Positions 10,686-20,090 of a stretch of 64,000 nucleotides of DNA are shown piece after piece; positions within the stretch are counted from its first letter, which is position 1, and each line of letters opens with the position of its first letter. The stretch comes from Bacteroidales bacterium. Its GTDB lineage: Bacteria > Bacteroidota > Bacteroidia > Bacteroidales > VadinHA17. Location: the NCBI GenBank assembly GCA_038207725.1, contig JBBQZN010000008.1, positions 743 to 64,742 on the forward strand, written 5' to 3'. The notes under the pieces are model-generated. The model was not told where the DNA came from, did not search any database, and was given only the letters and a program-made list of their open reading frames with translations. The position numbers and the translations under genes are program-made.

Positions 10686-10693
10686 CAAAGTTA
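10686..10693 (-). promoter_or_regulatory. -7 promoter element for the ankyrin operon
   Basis: TAACTTTG on minus strand matches TAnnTTTG. Confidence 0.55.
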
Positions 10694-10713
10694 ATTTTTT
10701 GATTCTTTTTTTA

Positions 10714-10826
10714 AACCTTTTTTATTCATAAATCTTTGTGAACCTTTATGAACACCTTAGTGTGCCTTTGTGGTTATTTTTTTTACCACGAAGGGTCACT
10801 AAGTGCAACACAAAGTAACTCAAAGG
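10714..10826. repeat. CTTWGTG/CACWAAG-family imperfect inverted repeat, copy 1
   Basis: Left arm tctttgtgaacctttatgaacaccttagtgtgcctttgtggt, right arm accacgaagggtcactaagtgcaacacaaagtaactcaaagg; related copies at 13923, 17731, 43294. Confidence 0.8.
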
Positions 10827-10982
10827 AATATAGTATCTTAGCTAAGTTCATTAATAATTCAAATTAAAATATTTCTTACTAAAACAGAACTATTTATTCT
10901 TTTCTCCGTTATCTTTTTTTAAGTTACTTGCACTACCAAAATAGAATAGTGATTATTTTTGTTTTTTTAAATTGAGGAACGA

Positions 10983-12284
10983 TTGTCAAAAAATAGAAAA
11001 ATACTGCTAATTACGCTTATCTTATCCATCGTGAGTTTCAATCAGGGGGCAAGGGAGGGTGATATACTACCGACTGAAAAACTTATCCCCGGAAATGTAA
11101 GACTGACAAATGCCGAATCAAGTGGACCCCAGTTTGCCGGGGTAGAAAAAACAGTCAATTCATTTATGCGTAAGTGGTCAATTGCCGGAGCTTCTGTGGC
11201 GCTGGCTAAGGATGGAAGGCTGATTTTTGCCAGGGGGTTCGGATATGCTGATACTGCTTCCAAACGAAAAACTCAGCCATATAACAGTTTTCGTATTGCG
11301 AGTATTTCAAAGCTTATTACTGCTATTGGCATTATGAAATTAAATGAGGAAGGTAAACTTGCACTTGATGGCCGTGTTTTCGGTCCCGATGGCATTCTTG
11401 ATGATCCATATTTCAGCGAACCTAAGGATAAAAGGGTTTATGGCATTACAGTTGCGCATTTACTAAGTCATGAGGCTGGTTGGTCACAACGATTTGGCGA
11501 TCAGATGTTTATGCCCATAACTATTGCTGACAGGATGGGAATAAAACCACCTGTGAGTACAAAAGCGATTGTCAGATATGCCCTTGATAAGAGGCTTCAG
11601 TATACACCCGGATCAGGACGGGCATATTCAAATCTTGGTTACAGCATTCTGGGATTGATAATAGAAAAGGCTTCAGGCATGGCCTATGAGGATTATTGTA
11701 AGCAGTTTGTTCTGGAGCCACTGGGGATCTATGACATGACAATTGCAGGAAACCTGCCCTCCGAAAGAACACCTTGTGAGGTTACATACTACGAACCCTC
11801 TGATGTTGTGCTTAAACCGTCAATTTATGGAACAGGTGAGATGGTTGCACCAAGCTATGGGGGAAATGATATAAAGTCATTGGGAGGAGCGGGCGCCTGG
11901 CTCGCAACTGCACCCGATCTCATGAGGTTGCTGCTGGCCGTCGACGGCTTTGGCTCACGTCCTGATCTTCTCAACAGCCAGAGTATCCGCTTTATGACCG
12001 ACAACGATAATGGCTTTGCACCGGTAGGGTGGAAGACAACTGTTTTCAACGGAACATGGTGGAGAACCGGTTCTTTTCCGGGTAGCGCAGGTATGATGAA
12101 AAGGCAAGCAGATGGTTTTTCATGGGTTGTACTTTTTAATTCAAGTGCCTGGAACGGTCCTGAAATATACTCCTACATGAACAATATGATGTTAAGAGTG
12201 ATTTTCCAGATCAAGCCACTGCCCGATTACGATCTTTTCTCTTACTCACTTCCTGTTCCCCTTAAAAACTCTCTTTCCGAATAA
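10983..12284 (+). CDS. Serine hydrolase, beta-lactamase/AmpC-like family
   Basis: FRIASISK (SxxK), LLSHEAG, YSNLGY, PLGI motifs; signal peptide; TTG start. Confidence 0.9.
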   Translation: MSKNRKILLITLILSIVSFNQGAREGDILPTEKLIPGNVRLTNAESSGPQFAGVEKTVNSFMRKWSIAGASVALAKDGRLIFARGFGYADTASKRKTQPYNSFRIASISKLITAIGIMKLNEEGKLALDGRVFGPDGILDDPYFSEPKDKRVYGITVAHLLSHEAGWSQRFGDQMFMPITIADRMGIKPPVSTKAIVRYALDKRLQYTPGSGRAYSNLGYSILGLIIEKASGMAYEDYCKQFVLEPLGIYDMTIAGNLPSERTPCEVTYYEPSDVVLKPSIYGTGEMVAPSYGGNDIKSLGGAGAWLATAPDLMRLLLAVDGFGSRPDLLNSQSIRFMTDNDNGFAPVGWKTTVFNGTWWRTGSFPGSAGMMKRQADGFSWVVLFNSSAWNGPEIYSYMNNMMLRVIFQIKPLPDYDLFSYSLPVPLKNSLSE

Positions 12285-12298
12285 ATGCTTATTTGAAT

Positions 12299-12961
12299 AT
12301 GTGCTTCACTGTAAATGTAAATCTGATCAAGGAGGAGCTCGAAAATCGATACGTAGCAACACTTATCGACCCCGATAAATACAGACCCAGTTATTATTAC
12401 CATGCATTTGCCTTTCCTGATCTGCCAGCAATCTGTTCAGATTCACCTGAAAAAATAAGACTGCTTAAATGGGGACTCATACCTTCGTGGGTAAAAAGTT
12501 CTGATGCTGCTGATGAGATGCGGTTAAAAACATTCAACGCCCGTTCCGACAGTGTCGATAATAAGCCCTCTTTTTCATCTTCGTTTAAAACCAAAAGATG
12601 TATATTACCGGTAGCAGGATTTTTTGAGTGGCAGCACCGGGGAAAGGAGAATATTCCCTGGTATATAAATCATTCTGAAAATGAGATAATATCCCTTGCC
12701 GGACTGTATGATGAGTGGGTAGATAATACAACAGGACTCACGATACCTACATTCTCAATAGTAACATCAGACGCTAATATTCTGATGTCAGAAATTCACA
12801 ATTCTGCCCGCAGGCTGAGCGAAGCCGAAGCACACTCATCGCTTTTATCTACGGTACTTTTTGCGCCGGTGCCAACCACAGGTTTTTATAATAATTCTGG
12901 TCCGGCGCTCCTTGTGTGTGGTATCCGTTTTCTACAAATAGTTCGCCACTCTGTGGCTTAA
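12299..12961 (+). pseudogene. SOS response-associated peptidase (SRAP/YedK/HMCES family), C-terminus apparently replaced
   Basis: MC start (Cys2), WGLIPSW, FNARSD, RCILPVAGFFEW, LAGLYD, EIHNSARR; the expected MPVIL...WL continuation is absent and the reading frame runs into repeat DNA from 12814. Confidence 0.7.
12814..12831 (+). repeat. GCTGAGCGAAGCCGAAGC REP-like repeat
   Basis: 16/18 match to GCTGAGCGGAGACGAAGC at 59722..59739. Confidence 0.65.
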
Positions 12962-12989
12962 AAGCCTCTGATCTAAGTCCACCAATTTA

Positions 12990-13088
12990 TGCGCTCTACG
13001 CTCTCCTCTCTCCGCTCATCGCTTCATCCTTGCACCCTGCCGCGTCCTGCACCCTGTGCCCTGCGCCCTTCGCCCTGTGCCCTGTGCC
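12990..13088. repeat. Degenerate heptamer tandem array (TGYGCCC-like)
   Basis: tgcgctc tacgctc tcctctc tccgctc ... tgcaccc tgtgccc tgcgccc ttcgccc tgtgccc tgtgcc, ending 2 bp from the tonB-like stop. Confidence 0.8.
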
Positions 13089-13090
13089 AA

Positions 13091-13837
13091 TTACTGCGCC
13101 ACAAAATGATAAGAGAGAGTCCCTGTCTGGATTTTCGGTGCACTGTAGTCGGGATTGAACCTTGAGATTAAAGCCGAATTTACCGCTGTTTCTACCAGGC
13201 ACGGGTCGGAAGTTGTACTCTCAGAGCTAATTACAGATGCTTTTTCAACATCGCCATTTTGATTCACCTCAATCATAAGCACAACTTTTCCTGCACCCTG
13301 ACATTTATATATAGGTATTGGAAGATACAAGTGGTTTCTCTCTTTCAGGTCGTAATAAATCCTTGTTGGTCCCTGGTAATTGGCTGCCATCTTCAGTGAT
13401 TCTTTTATTTCTTCCTTTTTGGCCCCCGTAGTGTCACTTTTCAGGGCCAGTTTTTCATCGTTGTTTTTATTCAATTTGTTTTTCTGCTGATCAATATAAT
13501 TGTCGCTGCCGAGTTTGCCACTGTTGATAAGTTCCTCCTTCACCATATCCTGGTATTTTGCAGGATCTATCTTTTCCTCACTCTTGTTAGCAAGGTTTCT
13601 GGCTATATTCAGCATCTCTTTATCATCCCTGAAGATCTTCTCGATTGTTGTTGGCGTCTTTTCATTTGCTTGCTTAACCTCAGGTGGTTCTTCTTCCGGA
13701 AAGATCTCAACCATCATAGGCTCGGTATATTCCGATTCAAGCGATCCGATCTGATACATCATAAATAAAATTGCAGCAATAAGATGAATTATTACAGTAC
13801 CAAGTATCCCCGCCAGTTTTCCCTCATATTTTTTCAT
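13091..13837 (-). CDS. TonB C-terminal domain protein (energy transducer TonB-like)
   Basis: N-terminal TM with TVIIH, charged linker, GKVVLMIEVNQNGDV...A...SRF...QTGTLSYHF. Confidence 0.8.
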   Translation of the reverse strand: MKKYEGKLAGILGTVIIHLIAAILFMMYQIGSLESEYTEPMMVEIFPEEEPPEVKQANEKTPTTIEKIFRDDKEMLNIARNLANKSEEKIDPAKYQDMVKEELINSGKLGSDNYIDQQKNKLNKNNDEKLALKSDTTGAKKEEIKESLKMAANYQGPTRIYYDLKERNHLYLPIPIYKCQGAGKVVLMIEVNQNGDVEKASVISSESTTSDPCLVETAVNSALISRFNPDYSAPKIQTGTLSYHFVAQ

Positions 13838-13922
13838 ACAGTGCGAAATTATAAATTATTACTTTTACAATGGTATTTTAGTTTGAATTATTCATTAACT
13901 TAGTTAAAGTGCTATACTCCTT

Positions 13923-13985
13923 TTAAACACAAAGGCGCACTAAGGCAGTCAAAAGGTTCGCTAAGGTTTATGAATAAAATAGGTT
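13923..13985. repeat. CACWAAG-family repeat, copy 2
   Basis: Reverse complement aligns over ~62 bp with 10714..10775. Confidence 0.8.
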
Positions 13986-14009
13986 AGATAGTTATTAATA
14001 CATTATAAG

Positions 14010-14588
14010 ATGAAACAGGAACTTATTCTCGAGATTATTAAGGAGCGGTGGAGTCCTTATGATTTTTCATCAGCTGAGGTTGAAGATTTTAAGCTTAAAG
14101 CCATGTTTGAAGCTGCGGGTTATGCCCCATCTTCGAACAATGAGCAGCCATGGAGTTTTGTTTATGCTACACTGAATGACGGTAAAATATTTGACGATTA
14201 TCTTGGATTCCTGTCTGATGTCAACCGCTTATGGGCTTCAAAAGCCTACTGTCTGATTATAAGTATGGCCAGAATGAACTTTTCTAGCAGCGGCAAGCCC
14301 AACAGGTTCGCGTTTCACGATACCGGAATGGCAGTTGCCAATCTGCTTCTTCAGGCTCAGGCGCTTGATGTTTTTGTGCACCAGATGGGAGGATATTCAG
14401 TTGATAAGGTAAAGGAGTACTTCAATCTGGAGACTGATATAGAACCGGTTGCAATGATGGCTGTTGGTTATCTTGGCGATGGTCAGGGATTATCAGCCGA
14501 AGTGCTTAAAAGGGATGAGCAGAGGCGTCCCAGAAAGCCGGTCAGTTTGTATACATTCAGAAAGTTACCGGGGAATTCTGCTTTCTGA
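14010..14588 (+). CDS. Nitroreductase family protein
   Basis: RWSPYDF, EAAGYAPSSNNEQPW, HDTGMA, HQMGG, AVGY, RPRKP. Confidence 0.93.
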   Translation: MKQELILEIIKERWSPYDFSSAEVEDFKLKAMFEAAGYAPSSNNEQPWSFVYATLNDGKIFDDYLGFLSDVNRLWASKAYCLIISMARMNFSSSGKPNRFAFHDTGMAVANLLLQAQALDVFVHQMGGYSVDKVKEYFNLETDIEPVAMMAVGYLGDGQGLSAEVLKRDEQRRPRKPVSLYTFRKLPGNSAF

Positions 14589-14599
14589 TTTTCAGTGGT

Positions 14600-15292
14600 T
14601 TATTTATTATCCTTTGATTTTATCTTCTTCCTGACTTTGGAAGGTACCGGTTTGTTGAACTTCTGATTTTTGAACATTCCGTTTTTAACACCACCTATAA
14701 ACTTTGCCCATGCAAAAGGATTGAGCAGGTTATTAACAGGATATTGATTCCTGGTAGCCATAGAATTAAAATTCTGTTCCATAGCATATTTGTATCCGGC
14801 TTCAGGAGAGATTCTTACATTGGTCTGATTGGCAATAGCCACATAAATTGAGGCTATGTTTTCATTCATATTTATAATTAACGGGTCAATCTTTCTTTCC
14901 TTGGACATATCCTTCAGAAATTCATTGTAACTCCTCCATGGAAGAATAGTTACTTCAGCTATCGAAATAGTATCAATATCCAGAAAAATATCAACCTTAA
15001 CATGTTTCTCTGCATAATCGGCAGGAATAATAGTATGATATCGCTTATATCCCAGAGCCCTGAAGTAAATGGTATCACCCGGTGTACTTGTTATTGAGTA
15101 AATTCCTGTTCTCTCACTTGCTGTCCCTTTATGAAGCTTGCGCGATATTACTGCAACTCCGGGCACAGGCACCCATGATTCATCAGTAATTATACCGCTT
15201 ACCTGAACATACTTTTCAGGCTGGCTTGTCTGACTCCTCAATTCAGGAAACGTGAAAAGAAAGATCAGAAACAGAATTAAGACTTTATTCAA
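14600..15292 (-). CDS. Carboxypeptidase-regulatory-like domain secreted protein
   Basis: Signal peptide, VSGIITD..PVPGVAV..GTAS..GIYSI..GDTIYFRALGY, IAEVTI. Confidence 0.8.
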   Translation of the reverse strand: MNKVLILFLIFLFTFPELRSQTSQPEKYVQVSGIITDESWVPVPGVAVISRKLHKGTASERTGIYSITSTPGDTIYFRALGYKRYHTIIPADYAEKHVKVDIFLDIDTISIAEVTILPWRSYNEFLKDMSKERKIDPLIINMNENIASIYVAIANQTNVRISPEAGYKYAMEQNFNSMATRNQYPVNNLLNPFAWAKFIGGVKNGMFKNQKFNKPVPSKVRKKIKSKDNK

Positions 15293-15523
15293 CCTTCTAA
15301 TAATTATAATAATATCTAAAGAGACTGCAAAATAAGCATTATTGAGTGTAACGGTAAAACATTTAACTATATTTTAACTTCACTCTTTTTAAGTTCATAT
15401 TGAAAGATGCACAGACCATCCTGATAATTAGAACATCTGTCATGTTTTCTTAGCAAAAATATTTCAATATTTGTTGACTTTTTTATGGATTGATTTGTTA
15501 TCCTTTGTAAAGACTGCTACACT

Positions 15524-17128
15524 ATGAAAAACTTGCTCTTACTTGGCGACGAGGCAATAGCTCAGGCTGCACTGGATGCAGGTTTAAGCGGGATGTATGC
15601 CTACCCTGGTACTCCTTCAACTGAAATTATGGAGTATATCCAGCATTCAAATGAAGCCTCAGAGCGGAATGTGCATATGCGATGGTCGTCAAATGAAAAG
15701 ACGGCGATGGAGGCAGCTCTTGGTATGGCATACGCCGGAAAAAGAGCCATGGTTGCCATGAAACATGTTGGACTTAATGTGGCTGCCGACGGATTTATAA
15801 ACTCAGCTCTTACAGGTGTTAATGGTGGACTTATTGTAATATCTGCAGATGATCCTTCAATGCATTCATCACAGAATGAACAGGATTCGCGCTTTTATGG
15901 AAAATTTGCTTTCGTCCCGTGCTTTGAGCCCTCTAATCAGCAGGAGGCTTATGAGATGATATTTGATGCCTTTGAAACTTCTGAGAAATATAAAGTTCCG
16001 GTTCTTTTCAGAATAACAACACGCATGGCTCATTCGAGGGCAAGTGTCAGCCTCAGAGAAGCTTTACCTCAGAAAAAACTTTCACTTCCGTCAGATCCGC
16101 TTCAGTTTGTTCTTCTTCCGGCAGTTGCACGAAAAAAATACAAGGCTTTGTTATCAACTTATGAGACAATAAGATATGATGTAAGGCTGTCAAAGTATAA
16201 CTCTTTTAAAGACGGGCGAAACCGGAACCTCGGTATAATCGCCTGCGGGATATCATATAACTACCTTATGGAGAATATTTCTGATAATCCGGGTGAGTAT
16301 CCTGTTCTTAAAATCTCATCCTATCCATTCCCGAAAGACCTTATTAAAGATATTACCTCAAGGTGCAAAGAGATTCTTGTTCTTGAGGAAGGGGCTCCGC
16401 TCATTGAAGAATCGTTGAGAGGAATTCTCGATGATGGCGTTAAGTTTCTTGGAAGGCTCGATGGCACGCTTCCCAGAGAAGGAGAACTAAATCCTGCCAT
16501 TGTTGCAAAGGCTCTCGGCATGCCTGCTTCTTACAGCAGGGATGTTCCGGAACTGGTAAAAATGCGGCCTCCTTCATTCTGTAAAGGCTGCGGACATGCC
16601 GATATGTTCAATTCGCTTAATGAAGCAATTAAACCTTATGGGCCCGGACATGTTTTTTCCGATATTGGGTGTTATACGCTGGCTGCCCTGCCTCCGTATA
16701 ATGCAATTAATTCGTGTGTTGATATGGGTGCTTCAGTGACGATGGCTATCGGAGCCGCTGATGCAGGATTATTCCCTTCAGTAGCCGTTATTGGTGATTC
16801 AACATTCACACATTCAGGTATGACCGGACTACTTGATGCGGTCGTTAAAAATGCTTCTGTAACAATAATAATATCTGACAACTCCACTACCGGAATGACA
16901 GGAGGACAGGATTCTCAGGCTAACGGGAGAATTGAACAGATCTGCACAGGGATTGGCGTTCTGCCTGAACATCTTCGGGTTATTGTTCCGCTTCGTAAAA
17001 ATCATGAGGAGAACATCAGCATTATGAAAGAAGAATTTGAATACAAGGGTGTTTCTGTAATTATAGCATCGAGGGAATGTATCCAGACAGCCACAAAAAG
17101 AAAGAAATCAGAATCTGCAAAAGAGTAA
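15524..17128 (+). CDS. iorA: Indolepyruvate:ferredoxin oxidoreductase alpha subunit
   Basis: LLGDEAIA, YPGTPSTEI, NEKTA, MKHVGLNVAAD, DDPSMHSSQNEQDSR, RPPSFCKGCGH, DIGCY, GDSTF TPP motif. Confidence 0.95.
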   Translation: MKNLLLLGDEAIAQAALDAGLSGMYAYPGTPSTEIMEYIQHSNEASERNVHMRWSSNEKTAMEAALGMAYAGKRAMVAMKHVGLNVAADGFINSALTGVNGGLIVISADDPSMHSSQNEQDSRFYGKFAFVPCFEPSNQQEAYEMIFDAFETSEKYKVPVLFRITTRMAHSRASVSLREALPQKKLSLPSDPLQFVLLPAVARKKYKALLSTYETIRYDVRLSKYNSFKDGRNRNLGIIACGISYNYLMENISDNPGEYPVLKISSYPFPKDLIKDITSRCKEILVLEEGAPLIEESLRGILDDGVKFLGRLDGTLPREGELNPAIVAKALGMPASYSRDVPELVKMRPPSFCKGCGHADMFNSLNEAIKPYGPGHVFSDIGCYTLAALPPYNAINSCVDMGASVTMAIGAADAGLFPSVAVIGDSTFTHSGMTGLLDAVVKNASVTIIISDNSTTGMTGGQDSQANGRIEQICTGIGVLPEHLRVIVPLRKNHEENISIMKEEFEYKGVSVIIASRECIQTATKRKKSESAKE

Positions 17129-17140
17129 AAAAGAGCCATC

Positions 17141-17722
17141 ATGAAGAATGACATAATATTATCAGGAGTAGGAGGACAGGGTATTCTGTCTATCGCAGCG
17201 CTCATCGGACTCGCAGCAGTTGAAAACAAACTTTTCCTGAAGCAGTCAGAAGTACACGGTATGAGTCAGCGGGGAGGTGATGTTCAGTCGCATCTTCGTC
17301 TTTCCGATAAACCTGTTGCCTCTGATCTGATTCCTTACGGACAGGGAAGTCTTATAATCTCAGTTGAACCCATGGAGTCGCTGAGATACCTGCCATGGCT
17401 CTCTGAAAACGGCTGGCTTGTTACAAATTCAAATCCTTTTGTGAACATACCCGAATATCCTGAAGTTGAGTTAATACTTTTAGAGATAAGGAAGATTAAA
17501 AATCATATAATTATTGATGCCGATTCGATTGCCAAAGAGTGTGGATCCGCACGGTCAGGAAATATTGTAATACTCGGAGCAGCCTCACCGTTTATCGAGA
17601 TGCCTTTTTCAAGTCTTGAGAATGCCATTCAAAAGCTTTTTGGAAGAAAAGGAGAGGAGATTGTTGATGTCAATCTGAAAGCACTTAAGGCAGGAAGAGA
17701 ATATTCGAATGGAAAATTGTAA
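17141..17722 (+). CDS. iorB: Indolepyruvate:ferredoxin oxidoreductase beta subunit
   Basis: GVGGQGIL, SEVHGMSQRGG, NIVILGA; follows iorA. Confidence 0.95.
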   Translation: MKNDIILSGVGGQGILSIAALIGLAAVENKLFLKQSEVHGMSQRGGDVQSHLRLSDKPVASDLIPYGQGSLIISVEPMESLRYLPWLSENGWLVTNSNPFVNIPEYPEVELILLEIRKIKNHIIIDADSIAKECGSARSGNIVILGAASPFIEMPFSSLENAIQKLFGRKGEEIVDVNLKALKAGREYSNGKL

Positions 17723-17730
17723 CAAAACAG

Positions 17731-17771
17731 TTTAAACACAAAGGCACACTAAGGTTTATGAATAAAATAGG
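17731..17771. repeat. CACWAAG-family repeat, copy 3 (internally deleted)
   Basis: tttaaacacaaaggcacactaaggtttatgaataaaatagg equals copy 2 minus 21 bp between two CTAAGG. Confidence 0.8.
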
Positions 17772-18764
17772 CTAGAATTTAAAATGTGCATTGATGTAAA
17801 TGGCATCTGTTTTTTGCCTTGAGGCATCATAAGGGGTAGTTCTCCTGTAATTTATTGCAATTTTGGTATACTGATTAAATGTGTGTTGCACACCGGTTAT
17901 TATCAGATCGCCATCCATAAGGTTATTCCATTGAATAAATTCTCCTTCAGGAATTACTGAGACCGAATGATCATATCGCATAAAAATTTCTGTTTCCGGT
18001 TTCACTCTTAAAGCACCCGTTGCTGAAATACCCCAGGCATGATGTCCTTCAATTTTGTCGAGATTGGATTTATAACTTACCTCACTTCCAACGGTTATCA
18101 GGTCGTTATGAAAGCCTGCAAATGCTATTAAAGTGTTTTGCAATACACCTGATGGTCTGCTGATGTCTCCATAAAACCTGAATGCCATTTTCTTCCCCGG
18201 AGTGATTGTTAATCCGACAGAGGTCCTAAGGTTGTTATCCATCTGTATTTCCGAATATCCCTCACCATTCATGACAGTGATGTCGCCTTTTATAACTTCG
18301 CTGAATTTATAATCTGCCACGATTCCGAGATCTGAAATATATCCGTAATCATTTTTTGACTGATAGTTATTTTCAAGATATCTCTTACCCCAGAATTTTT
18401 GCTGGAAATCAAATATCCTGGTAGACGTGATCCCCATTGATATATTCAGCTTGTCTTTCGTATATGAAAAACTTGCATCCCTGAAATGCGCATACCTTCG
18501 ATGTAATGCACCTGTAGATAGATCTTCAGGACTACCAATATTGACAATTATTCTGGCCGAAAAGTTTCCTCCCGGTGTGAAATCATAACCCATTAGAGCC
18601 CTGTTTACCGCAAAACCTGTTGTTCCGGCAGTATCTTTAATGTTGTAATGGAAATCGGTATATATTTCAGCAATAGATTTTCCCTGAATTGTTACTGTCT
18701 GACTAAATATTGGTTGAATTGACAGGAAAATAGCAACCAAAACAGGAAATAATTTTTTCATCAT
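17772..18764 (-). CDS. Putative outer-membrane porin (OprO/P-like beta-barrel)
   Basis: Signal peptide, amphipathic beta strands, DLG and NGEG motifs, RYD, C-terminal Phe (AHFKF). Confidence 0.7.
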   Translation of the reverse strand: MMKKLFPVLVAIFLSIQPIFSQTVTIQGKSIAEIYTDFHYNIKDTAGTTGFAVNRALMGYDFTPGGNFSARIIVNIGSPEDLSTGALHRRYAHFRDASFSYTKDKLNISMGITSTRIFDFQQKFWGKRYLENNYQSKNDYGYISDLGIVADYKFSEVIKGDITVMNGEGYSEIQMDNNLRTSVGLTITPGKKMAFRFYGDISRPSGVLQNTLIAFAGFHNDLITVGSEVSYKSNLDKIEGHHAWGISATGALRVKPETEIFMRYDHSVSVIPEGEFIQWNNLMDGDLIITGVQHTFNQYTKIAINYRRTTPYDASRQKTDAIYINAHFKF

Positions 18765-18950
18765 TTATTTTGAGCCTTGCAAAATAGCTGATTTTTTAAT
18801 TAATTGCCAAAAATAGTCGATTTTGTATTAATCTTTAAAACATAGAATATTACTTTTTATGACTATCGGCAATGATTAATAATTTGATTAACTTAATACC
18901 CCCTTCTTTGTATAATGCTAATATACAAATACTTTCATATTTTTAAAATG

Positions 18951-19029
18951 ACCCCCTTTCCCGTTTCCCCCAAAGGGGAAAAGCTTTATTTGGTGCTCCT
19001 TCCCCCTGGGGGAAGGTTGGTAAGGGGGT
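18951..19029. repeat. GC-rich palindromic (Y-shaped, REP-like) element
   Basis: Outer ACCCCCTT...AAGGGGGT enclosing TTTCCCC-caaa-GGGGAAA and CCTTCCCC-ctg-GGGGAAGG hairpins, in AT-rich intergenic DNA. Confidence 0.8.
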
Positions 19030-19106
19030 ATGAGCTGCAAATAAAATTAATATTTTATGCATGATTCCCGATACTCATTTTACTTTTTTATTTATTATAA
19101 TTTAAT

Positions 19107-19442
19107 TTGAATTATCCAGGCGGCAACTGGTGCGGATGGTGTATCAGATTTGATGCATTCTGCAAGGCAGATACTGCCATTTCAAGGTTAATTTCAGAGA
19201 ATTATTTGCCGGTGAAACTTAATTATGATCCTGGAAATAAGAATGATGCAGCAAATGCTTATCTCGGAAACCCGACACGGTTTGGATTCCCAGTATTTAT
19301 AATTCTCGATAGCAAGGGCAGGGTTATTCATATTCAGGACAGCGGATATCTGGAAGAAGGAAAGGGATATAGTCATGACAAAGTTGTACGGTTTTTCAGA
19401 TACTGGACTGCTGCAGCTCTTGTTCCTTCAAAAAAGAAATAG
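19107..19442 (+). pseudogene. Thioredoxin-family protein, 5'-truncated
   Basis: GGNWCGWC begins five codons after a weak TTG start; GFPVFIILD present; no signal peptide or N-terminal helix/strand found upstream. Confidence 0.65.
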
Positions 19443-19457
19443 ATTATTTATTTAATC

Positions 19458-19494
19458 AAAAAGGCTGTCTCCTTATCGGGACAGCCTTTCTTTT
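19458..19494. terminator. Bidirectional intrinsic terminator
   Basis: AAAGGCTGTCT-ccttatc-GGGACAGCCTTT with flanking A- and T-runs between convergent genes. Confidence 0.8.
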
Positions 19495-19525
19495 AGTGGA
19501 ATTGCAGCGAGCAAATCCTCCACTG

Positions 19526-19885
19526 TTACTCCTCATCTTTTCCGGGTTTATCACCGTTTCGGAGAAGAAGAAGATCAGTAAGCACAACCTCTGTAATATT
19601 CTTTGTTATACCTTTCTTGTCCTCATAAGTTCTGTAGACAATTCTTCCCTCAACTGCAACTTCTTTACCTTTTTTCAGGAATTTGCCGGCAGTTTCTGCA
19701 AGACCATTCCAGGCAATGATATTGTGCCAGGTGGTCTCTTTAACGATCTGCCCTTCGGCATTCTTGAAACTGTCGTTTGTTGCAAGTGTAAAATGTGTCA
19801 CTTTCTTCCCTGAATCTGTTGTTTTGATTTCAGGATCCTGACCAAGATTTCCGATGAGTGCTACTCTGTTTCTTAATGAGTTCAT
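19526..19885 (-). CDS. ssb: Single-stranded DNA-binding protein, short paralog
   Basis: NRVALIGNLGQDPE, FTLATN, TTWHNI..W, KGKEVAVEGRI..R; lacks linker and DDLPF tip. Confidence 0.93.
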   Translation of the reverse strand: MNSLRNRVALIGNLGQDPEIKTTDSGKKVTHFTLATNDSFKNAEGQIVKETTWHNIIAWNGLAETAGKFLKKGKEVAVEGRIVYRTYEDKKGITKNITEVVLTDLLLLRNGDKPGKDEE

Positions 19886-19926
19886 GTTTTTAAAATTTAA
19901 GTTTGACATTAAAATTAATTACTCAG

Positions 19927-19934
19927 CAAACTTA
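19927..19934 (-). promoter_or_regulatory. -7 promoter element for ssb
   Basis: TAAGTTTG on minus strand. Confidence 0.6.
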
Positions 19935-19977
19935 CACCCGTGTCACGGGCTGTCTCGGTAATTAAACACTTATACTC

Positions 19978-20023
19978 GTTTCCGAATTGTTTATAGTCGT
20001 TTGTATCTGTTTGAAAACGGTTT
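19978..20023. promoter_or_regulatory. Helically phased GTTT array, candidate operator
   Basis: GTTT starts at 19978, 19989, 19999, 20009, 20020 (spacing 11, 10, 10, 11). Confidence 0.5.
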
Positions 20024-20090
20024 ATTATTTCTATATCAGATTAATACATGTAATTTATTTTTTTTATATCTTTATCAAAACAATAGTGCT

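Noticed and set aside
12916-13202. Short ORFs 12916..13158 and 12996..13202 (likewise 41350..41550 and 48613..48801)
   Set aside because: Low-complexity translations of heptamer repeats that overlap real genes.
15524-17128. IorA lacking a C-terminal ferredoxin domain
   Set aside because: To my knowledge this shorter form is usual in Bacteroidales; no sign of a lesion.
20001-20090. TTG-started extension of the Zn-ribbon ORF
   Set aside because: It runs through the AT-rich regulatory region; GTG at 20091 gives the expected EKKC start.
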